A stretch of 64,000 nucleotides of DNA from contig CP120463.1 in the NCBI GenBank assembly GCA_034226945.1, positions 62,001-126,000 of the forward strand, read 5' to 3'. Under the pieces are notes generated by a model. It ran no database searches. It was given only the letters and a program-made list of their open reading frames with translations, and was not told where the DNA came from. The DNA comes from Picochlorum sp. SENEW3. Taxonomy: Eukaryota. This document shows positions 56,346-64,000 of the stretch, one piece after another (position 1 is the first letter of the stretch; each line of letters begins with the position of its first letter). Position numbers and translations under genes: made by a program.

Positions 56346-58133
56346 ATGGCCTTCGTTGGGAGGCATGTGTTCCGGACGAGGTCCCAAGAACCCGTTGTTA
56401 GTTTTCATGGTGTGAGGAGGCCATCTCCCATTGCCCTTGCAAGTTTCAGTCCCAAGAGTTACTTGAATGCGTTTGGTCGATCCAAATTGGCCGTTGCTGA
56501 TAGCTTTCCGATATCTCGACTGCAAGAGTCTGATCTTGTCATACAAATGAAAAGTCATTCATGTGGCCAAGCAAATACTAGCTCAATGAGGAGCCTCTTC
56601 TCCAGACGTAGAACTTCAGCCGGTTTGGAAATGACTTTGCATTCCACGAGGAGACTCAATGTAGTGGCTGCTGGAGCAGAGAAGCAAGATGGAAATATAG
56701 TGGACTTAGCTTTAGAGGGAAATGCACTTTGTGCTCCTGGTTTCGAAAAGTTCTCCACTCATGCCAGCGATACGTGTGTGAAAACAGTGATCGATAGTGA
56801 TCATCCATCTGAAGATATTTCACAGACAAATAAAACTATATCCGATGACTGTTTGGCGGATGATGTGAGCAGAACAGCAAGGGCTGTTATTCTTGCTGGA
56901 GGGGAAGCATCAATGGCTCTGACTAGGTTCAAAGCTGTGGCATCATTGCCAATCGTTTCAAATACTCACCTGATAGACTTTCCTATCAATCAATGTACCA
57001 AGTCTGGTATCAATAAGATTTACGTGCTGACGCAATTCAATTCTCATGCCCTGAACTCACATATTCATCAGTCTTATGGATACATCGGTGTCGGAGATCT
57101 AGGTTCTTTCGTCGAAGTATTGGCCTCCAATCAGACGTTTACTAATAGAGAATGGTATCGAGGAAGTGCAGATGCTATACGACAAAGTTTTGAGGAAATA
57201 ATGGACGAAAACAGAGGTCTCACGGCAGCAACTGATTACGTCATTCTTCCTGGCTCGAGCATCCACACTGTTGATCTAAGAAAGGTCATGCAATTTCATC
57301 GCGAAAAAGATGCTGATATAACAATCTGCTGCACAAATTCAAGCGATTCAGACTACATGAAATCGCAAGGTATCCTGAGAGTTGATCAAGATTTCCGAGT
57401 GACCTCTTTTGAGGAAAATCCCTGTCTCCACCACAATTCTTTGCCAGGTATCAAAGCCGGCGAGCTAACGAGTATGGGTATATATATCTTCTCCAGGGAA
57501 GCATTGCTAGATCTTCTCAATGCTGAAAATGCTAAATTCGTCACGCATATAGGTCATCATGTTATTCCAAGAGCTATTTCGAAGGGAATGGAAGTCAATG
57601 CCTACCAATATAATGGGCTTTGGTACGATATTCGGACTTGCAAAGAATATTTCAGTGCAAATATAAATCTTCTCTGCGCTGAAATTGAGAGTACGGGCCC
57701 TTTGCCAGATCAATCTTTCCCAGTACCCCAGAATGGATTGGCACCACCTAGATTCATTGGAAAAGTTAAGGTCCATAACTCAATGATAGGAAGCAATACT
57801 CTCCTTCATGATTGTACGATTGGTACTAGTATAATAGGGAATGACCTAGTCGTTGGACAAGGAACTAAGGTATCAAACTGTATTATCGGAAATGCAGAAA
57901 GCATTGAATATGTCCACCTCGGGGAAAATCGAAAGTTTCGTCGAGGTATCGGGCGCAATGTTACCTTAGATAATTGTATTGTTGAGGACAATGTGTGGAT
58001 TGGACATGATTCAACGATAGTGAATGCGAATGGATTACAGGAGGCCAATTGCATTGAAAAGGGGTACATTATTCAGGATGGCATGGTTATTATCCTCAGA
58101 AACACTATCATCCCTGATGGCACCAAAATATAA
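56346..58133 (+). CDS. Divergent ADP-glucose pyrophosphorylase subunit-like protein, probably non-catalytic
   Basis: AVILAGG, LIDFPI, KIYVLTQFNS.ALNSHI, FVEVLA, WYRGSADAIRQ, SMGIYIF, WYDIRT, left-handed beta-helix tail, GYIIQDGMVIILRN.IIPDGTKI; plastid transit peptide. Confidence 0.85.
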   Translation: MAFVGRHVFRTRSQEPVVSFHGVRRPSPIALASFSPKSYLNAFGRSKLAVADSFPISRLQESDLVIQMKSHSCGQANTSSMRSLFSRRRTSAGLEMTLHSTRRLNVVAAGAEKQDGNIVDLALEGNALCAPGFEKFSTHASDTCVKTVIDSDHPSEDISQTNKTISDDCLADDVSRTARAVILAGGEASMALTRFKAVASLPIVSNTHLIDFPINQCTKSGINKIYVLTQFNSHALNSHIHQSYGYIGVGDLGSFVEVLASNQTFTNREWYRGSADAIRQSFEEIMDENRGLTAATDYVILPGSSIHTVDLRKVMQFHREKDADITICCTNSSDSDYMKSQGILRVDQDFRVTSFEENPCLHHNSLPGIKAGELTSMGIYIFSREALLDLLNAENAKFVTHIGHHVIPRAISKGMEVNAYQYNGLWYDIRTCKEYFSANINLLCAEIESTGPLPDQSFPVPQNGLAPPRFIGKVKVHNSMIGSNTLLHDCTIGTSIIGNDLVVGQGTKVSNCIIGNAESIEYVHLGENRKFRRGIGRNVTLDNCIVEDNVWIGHDSTIVNANGLQEANCIEKGYIIQDGMVIILRNTIIPDGTKI

Positions 58134-58273
58134 TATCATTGGTTAGATTTGTCTCTTTAAAGACTAGTAGTAACTCTCCAATCCATGGACGCTGGCCAGG
58201 GGTTATGGAGATTCAAGTGCACCAGGACTCCATTGGTCAGGCCTTCATCATTGTTCTGTCAATTGATAAGGTC

Positions 58274-58715
58274 ATTCAACTCTCAAGTAAAGTTTACAGT
58301 TCAGATGTACTAACGAATAATATAGCATCATAGTAGTGTCACGCGCAATCGAGTGCTTGCCTCGTTGAGGAGAGAGAAAGAGAGAGTGGGTGTTCACTGG
58401 GAGAAATGTTTCCAGAGACACCAACACTTCTCGCCTCCCTCGCGATTCATGTCTGACGAAGAAACCTTTTTGATAGAGTTATTATTATTATTATTCCCAA
58501 TTTAGCGTCCATGGTACGCTTCTGTAATATATGCTAAGACAAGCAGCCATACCAGGTGAGAGGGAGAGAATAGGTGACGAGTCACTCAGGCCTTGCAGTC
58601 CGGCTTGGAAAGGCAAGGAAATTGAAGGCCAGAAAAGAATGATCGAATTGATCTGGCTTTGCCTGTCACTGCGGAGGAGGCCTGGTTGACAGCATTGCTC
58701 ATAGCTTTGGCTGGT
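58274..58715 (-). repeat. Third copy (442 bp) of the 3' coding end and 3' flank of the duplicated gene (= 55454-55895)
   Basis: Direct sequence match to the reverse complement of 55454-55895. Confidence 0.93.
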
Positions 58716-59134
58716 CGCACGATAGATTTCGCCAATTTCCTCATGCATCTAACTGGGTTCTCAAGTCTCCTCTTAGTTTTGATTGGATGATCACAATTTT
58801 CTGTGAGTTGAATGTATGACAGAGAAATTTTTTGCTGTATGTTTTCCGATGCCTCTTCATTATGTTGCTGCGCGATCACAGGATCCTCCCCAGACCAAAC
58901 AGCTTTAATTGGCAGATCTGAAGGTTTCCCGTTCTCGTTACATACTTCGTCTTCATGGGCAACACAAGGAGGAGATGAAGATCTTTTGAGATAGTTCTCA
59001 ATATCTGTAAATGAAAGTGATCCAAAGCAATCATCCAACGTATCTTCCAAATAGTCACAATCTGGAGGAAACATTAGAAAAGAAAGATCCTGGAGGCTGT
59101 GAGGATCTGTGATAAAATCAAAACCTTGGCTCAT
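58586..59134 (-). CDS. Diverged/chimeric paralog of the 22-aa repeat protein (copy 3, no repeats)
   Basis: Distinct N-terminal ~140 aa, in frame with the same C-terminus (PAKAMSNAVNQ...SKPDCKA). ATG preceded by CTAAC...catgcag (branch point/acceptor-like). Confidence 0.65.
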   Translation of the reverse strand: MSQGFDFITDPHSLQDLSFLMFPPDCDYLEDTLDDCFGSLSFTDIENYLKRSSSPPCVAHEDEVCNENGKPSDLPIKAVWSGEDPVIAQQHNEEASENIQQKISLSYIQLTENCDHPIKTKRRLENPVRCMRKLAKSIVRPAKAMSNAVNQASSAVTGKARSIRSFFSGLQFPCLSKPDCKA

Positions 59135-59258
59135 TTTGCATGCACTGCATGATGATATTTTGTTAGTTTCACCTGTATGAAGGTATCAATGGCACATGTA
59201 CATGAGGATCACACCAAGAGGTATAGACCAGAAAATGCCCATATTCGTGACAAGGCTA

Positions 59259-59561
59259 ACAAGGAAAAGTTAACAACGACAGCTCGACAAAAGCGAAATC
59301 TCCCGCCTAGGCCCCAGCCCCCCCGAAATCCCCACCAAAAGGCACATAATCATTTGTATCTGACATATAAGGGGTGCAAGAGCCCGCAAAGCTGCGCACG
59401 TGCACACAGAACAACGCCACAGCAGTGGCCTCGCCATCACATACCTCGAGAGTCAAACGTGGTGGTGAGGGTTAGAACGTTCTCAAGCACGATTGAATGA
59501 TAAAAGTTGACACTTTAGAGTAATATGGCGTGTCAAACAGCAGTTTATGGGAATTAGATCT
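59259..59561 (-). repeat. Third copy (303 bp) of the 5' flank of the duplicated gene (= 54396-54698)
   Basis: Direct match to the reverse complement of 54396-54698, fused to the end of the right arm at 59561. Confidence 0.93.
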
Positions 59562-61488
59562 AACTCTGCAGATCTACAATGATGCTATAACTGTCGTCCA
59601 TCGAGGCAATCAATCGGATTCCAAAAAGGTTGGACCCTGGTGTATCAGATACTATGGGGTCGAAACGCCTCACACTTCTCGAGGCAAACATGCCTCCAGA
59701 GGTACCTGTGTCAAAAGGTATTGAAGAAACGAGGCATCCTATCATCGCATGCCCATCCTTCTCTCAGAGCATATAGAGTCATGTATTCCATAGCGGAACA
59801 ATCGATCTATCTGCACTTCTCGCAATGCAATTTGCATACATTCAAGGTGATTGCATACAGGCAACGTGCATGTGACACGGACGATCAAGCTCAATTCAGA
59901 TGTATCTGGCACGAAAAAGCCTAAAGCGCTATTTGATGAGCGCTATTCAACTCTCAAGTAAAGTTTACAGTTCAGATGTACTAACGAATAATATAGCATC
60001 ATAGTAGTGTCACGCGCAATCGAGTGCTTGCCTCGTTGAGGAGAGAGAAAGAGAGAGTGGGTGTTCACTGGGAGAAATGTTTCCAGAGACACCAACACTT
60101 CTCGCCTCCCTCGCGATTCATGTCTGACGAAGAAACCTTTTTGATAGAGTTATTATTATTATTATTCCCAATTTAGCGTCCATGGTACGCTTCTGTAATA
60201 TATGCTAAGACAAGCAGCCATACCAGGTGAGAGGGAGAGAATAGGTGACGAGTCACTCAGGCCTTGCAGTCCGGCTTGGAAAGGCAAGGAAATTGAAGGC
60301 CAGAAAAGAATGATCGAATTGATCTGGCTTTGCCTGTCACTGCGGAGGAGGCCTGGTTGACAGCATTGCTCATAGCTTTGGCTGGTTTCACAACAGCACT
60401 CCTGGACTTGGCAGTCAGTCTCGCAGCACCAGAGGCAACGGCCTTGGCTGGTTTCACAACAGCACTCTTGGACTTGGCAGTCAGTCTTGCAGCACCAGAG
60501 GCAACGGCCTTGACTGGTTTCACAACAGCATTCTTGGACAAGAGCTTGAATCTTCTGGCACGAGATGCTGTGTTCAATGGATTCTTACTCCTTCGAGTTG
60601 GAAGGACGTCGTCTGGGAAAGCGGCATAAGCGTCCATGTGGACAGCCTTGATGGCAGGATCGTGGGCGACATGCCCCAACTGCTGCTTAGAGTCGAGTGG
60701 AACGATCTCCTCGTATCCATAGTCGCCATTTGCTGCATATTCAGAGAACCTCTGTACGATTCTCGCGGGTGACTCCATGCCATTCCCGCTCCAGTCCATT
60801 GTTATCTCCGAGTTCTGCCGATACGGCATGTCTTCCATCAACATGGGTGCGCTGCAAGGCACAAACGAGAGTCCAATTTAGTCGAACAGAACATAACGAT
60901 GTTGTACTGGAAATAACCACCAATGCTAAGGGGGAAACTCGTCATCATTCTAGACAACGAAGGCGAAAGTCCAACAAAGGTCGACAACACAAGCTTGTTC
61001 AGAGTACTGACAAGGAGAAGTTAACAACGACAGCTCGACAAAAGCGAAATCTCCCGCCTAGGCCCCAGCCCCCCCGAAATCCCCACCAAAAGGCACATAA
61101 TCATTTGTATCTGACATATAAGGGGTGCAAGAGCCCGCAAAGCTGCGCACGTGCACACAGAACAACGCCACAGCAGTGGCCTCGCCATCACATACCTCGA
61201 GAGTCAAACGTGGTGGTGAGGGTTAGAACGTTCTCAAGCACGATTGAATGATAAAAGTTGACACTTTAGAGTAATGTGGCGTGTCAAACAGCAGTTTATG
61301 TGAATTAGATCTGATGGCACCACGGCTTGGCATGCGACTTTATTCGCGAGTCAACCGAAACGTTTGGGCGACTGGTCCCTCTCGGATCCAGGGTGCGATC
61401 GAGGGCAAGCGGGCAGCAATAGATCTCCGAGGCTCTGTACGCTCGGGAATAACTCACGAGCGGGTATAAAATAAATAACATTTGACCC
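59561..61488 (-). repeat. Right arm of the ~2 kb inverted segmental duplication
   Basis: Reverse complement of 54220-56279, lacking two 66-nt units. Confidence 0.95.
60257..60844 (-). CDS. Orphan 22-aa repeat protein (copy 2, ~2.5 repeats)
   Basis: Identical to copy 1 except for two fewer repeats and V>A in the last partial unit. Confidence 0.7.
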   Translation of the reverse strand: MLMEDMPYRQNSEITMDWSGNGMESPARIVQRFSEYAANGDYGYEEIVPLDSKQQLGHVAHDPAIKAVHMDAYAAFPDDVLPTRRSKNPLNTASRARRFKLLSKNAVVKPVKAVASGAARLTAKSKSAVVKPAKAVASGAARLTAKSRSAVVKPAKAMSNAVNQASSAVTGKARSIRSFFSGLQFPCLSKPDCKA

Positions 61489-62145
61489 TGTTGCCCATTG
61501 AAACAGGGTCAAAGCATTAAAGCAAAATAATACTACACAAGAAGAAAAGCCTTTTCTGGACATGTTTTCTCTTCTGCCTTACCATAGAAAATAGTCCCTT
61601 TGTTCTACTTAGGTACGATGTGAGTCACACACATGCCACCGAAAAGATAGGAATATTTGTAGTCTCTTTTGTTATACAGATGTCCATGTTGATACACATA
61701 TCGCTCTGGAGACCGATAGTATGTGGGCATGCTCATTGTATGTCACAATATCCTTATAAATCAATTCATTTATTCCACTGTAATTCAGAGAATGACATTC
61801 GGCTTCCCAAGCAAATGTAAGCCATTGTTTTTCTCACCCTTGCATATGGGTTGGGATTATCAAGAGCATCAGCTCTCGAGATTGAATATGCAAGAAGCCA
61901 TCCCTCCTCCTCGAAAACAACTCATTCAGGATCCATCAGATCACAGTCGGCTGACGTAGGCTGGCCTGGATAAGCAAAAGTCAGAGTTGGTCATTGAGGG
62001 TTGTCATAGGGTTGTCTTGTTTAGAATGTGGAGGAGCATCTTCTCGCTAGTTGATTTCAATATTTGTGAGACATTTGAGACACTGCGTTGATCAATTTAT
62101 ATGAAATTTGATGCACTAGTTTGAAGAATGACTGCCTTGGTTTAA

Positions 62146-63768
62146 ATGGCAGGGTTTCGTCTCGGGTTTCTTCAGTGCGCGATGACGTATCCGGTCATCC
62201 CACGGTGTCTGTCTGATACTTTTGGATGTATCGTGATCATATTGGCATTGATTGGATGCAGCAGCATGCTGCAGGTCACGGGTGCAGAACTCGAATCTGA
62301 GGTTTTCGAACAAATTCTGGCGAGAGAGCTCAATGCTCACGTGAATATACTAGGGAAGATAAGTGATTCAAAACTGCACTTGAAGCGATCATATCTAGAT
62401 CCAGCGCACAAGCGAGCAGCCCTGACGTTGCAGCGTTGGATGAAAGAAGCTTGTTTGACGACTTGGATAGATAGTGTTGGAAATGTTAGAGGGCGCGTTG
62501 CAGGTGCAAATAAAGGGCCTGCCCTTCTTATAGGATCACACTACGACACTGTGATTGATGGAGGAATATACGATGGGGCCTTGGGTGTATTGGTTGGGAT
62601 TGCTGCAGTCAAAGCTGCAGTTTTGGAATCTGCTGTGCAAGATGACATCATCAGCGGTGAGGCTCTGTCCGCCATGGTCGGCGAAGATGATATAGACTGT
62701 GACAATATTTACTCGAGATTTGGAAACGGGAAAGTTCCCCTTCTTTCCCGACCAATTGAAGTGGTCGCTTTCTGCGATGAGGAAGGAGTGCGGTTCCAGT
62801 CAACCTTTCTTGGGAGTAAGGCTCTATCTGGAACATTGACTGAGGATGTATTGACTGGAACATTTGATAAAGATGGAATTAGTATACTTGAGGCGATTCT
62901 TGGTGATGCATTGGCAACTAGTGCGGAGGATATTATTCGCCGACCTGGCAGGGATGAATACTCTGGGTACCTTGAGGTGCATTTGGAGCAAGGACCCATC
63001 TTAGAGTTGGAGGGGAAGCCTCTTGGTGTTGTAAGTGGCATATCAGGACAATCAAGATATCAATTGAGCATCTGGGGAGAGCAAGGACATGCAGGAACAG
63101 TGCCAATGAAATTGAGGAAGGATCCAATGCCTGCATCGGCTACCCTGATCCATTCTCTTGAGACTCTGTGCCGTGGTGTTGCGATAAACATGAGCTATCT
63201 GAAAACTTTAGATGCATCTATTATACCGAGGGAAGACATATTGAGGCTTGAGGAAGACGGCTCTCTTGTATGCACAGTGGGTTCTTTGCAGACTTGGCCA
63301 GGAGCTTCAAATGTTATTCCCCAGAACGTCAATTTCACATTGGACATTCGATCACTTTCAGATTCATCACGAAACAATATAGTTAGGATTATTGAATCGA
63401 TTATGGAGGGAGAATGTGCAAAAAGAGAATTGATGTGTAGACTCAAAAAGAAGCATGAGGCATCAAGTGTGACGATGGATGAGATACTCACAGAAAAACT
63501 CATAAACTCTGTGAAAATGGCAGAATATGGTGGCAAAAAAGAAGCATCGACTAATACTTGCTCGAGTATTGAGGTCGTAAGAATTGCATCAGGAGCAGGT
63601 CACGATGCACTTGCTGTTTCGAGCATAATGCCTGTGTCTATGCTTTTCGTCCGTTCCAGGAACGGTATCAGCCATTCTCCAGACGAATGGGTTGATCCTA
63701 AGGATATTCGAGCTAGCTCAATTACCACATTTTACTTTATTCGGGACTGGGAGAAGGGCCCTTGGTGA
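62146..63768 (+). CDS. AAH: Allantoate amidohydrolase/deiminase (M20 family)
   Basis: LLIGSHYDTVIDGG.YDGALG, AFCDEEGVRFQSTFLGS, YLEVHLEQGP.LE, QGHAGTVPM, WPGASNVIP, SGAGHDA, GISHSPDE; N-terminal hydrophobic signal. The start may be the next ATG. Confidence 0.92.
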   Translation: MAGFRLGFLQCAMTYPVIPRCLSDTFGCIVIILALIGCSSMLQVTGAELESEVFEQILARELNAHVNILGKISDSKLHLKRSYLDPAHKRAALTLQRWMKEACLTTWIDSVGNVRGRVAGANKGPALLIGSHYDTVIDGGIYDGALGVLVGIAAVKAAVLESAVQDDIISGEALSAMVGEDDIDCDNIYSRFGNGKVPLLSRPIEVVAFCDEEGVRFQSTFLGSKALSGTLTEDVLTGTFDKDGISILEAILGDALATSAEDIIRRPGRDEYSGYLEVHLEQGPILELEGKPLGVVSGISGQSRYQLSIWGEQGHAGTVPMKLRKDPMPASATLIHSLETLCRGVAINMSYLKTLDASIIPREDILRLEEDGSLVCTVGSLQTWPGASNVIPQNVNFTLDIRSLSDSSRNNIVRIIESIMEGECAKRELMCRLKKKHEASSVTMDEILTEKLINSVKMAEYGGKKEASTNTCSSIEVVRIASGAGHDALAVSSIMPVSMLFVRSRNGISHSPDEWVDPKDIRASSITTFYFIRDWEKGPW

Positions 63769-63909
63769 AAGATCTTGACCACATTCTCCAACAGATTACA
63801 GTTGAGCAAATCAGTAATGTGTTGTTAAAGCCAGACAGAAATTTCATACATGCCTTGTTTTAATATTGTTATCGTATCAATTATATATATTTGTTCATTA
63901 AATTGAAGT

Positions 63910-64000
63910 TCAGACTCCAAAAAGCATCATATTCCAAGCTGGGCCAACAAAATAGATCCACTCGCTAATGCGGCTCCTCAAATTTTCCTCTGCCTCAGGC
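63910..64000 (-). CDS. Possible 3' end of a gene entering from beyond the window
   Basis: Short open frame ...PEAEENLRSRISEWIYFVGPAWNMMLFGV* reaching the window edge. Confidence 0.25.
   Translation of the reverse strand, partial: PEAEENLRSRISEWIYFVGPAWNMMLFGV

Overview
This is eukaryotic nuclear DNA from a very compact green-algal genome. Short intergenic gaps, few short GT-AG introns and many plastid-type presequences suggest a Picochlorum-like trebouxiophyte (an inference from style, not a search). About 30 protein genes are supportable: FKBP-TPR, DUF1499, TCF25/Rqc1, an F-box-like protein, a cyclin-like protein, DNA polymerase eta, STK19, a GINT1-like protein, a ubiquitin fusion, SirB1-like, HflX, TGD1, DUF1995, two ankyrin proteins, a DUF1996-GH16 fusion, NDUFA5, TPI, SERAC1-like, SKI8/WDR61, heme oxygenase, IDI, a P1B heavy-metal ATPase, myosin XI, a divergent AGPase-like protein and allantoate amidohydrolase. 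The most unusual part is 54.2-61.5 kb. There, a near-identical ~2 kb inverted duplication carries an orphan gene with a variable number of 22-aa basic repeats. The two arms enclose an AGPase homolog that has lost its catalytic residues, and a third, diverged paralog whose 5' flank and 3' end are near-identical to the arms. Other points of interest: two tandem gene pairs spaced 2 and 10 nt apart (bicistronic candidates), a non-canonical ubiquitin fusion, a GT64 domain lacking its DxD motif, a 4.4 kb gene-poor island with decayed ORFs and palindromes, and a candidate structured RNA at 44.2-44.4 kb. No rRNA, tRNA, CRISPR array or transposase was recognised.
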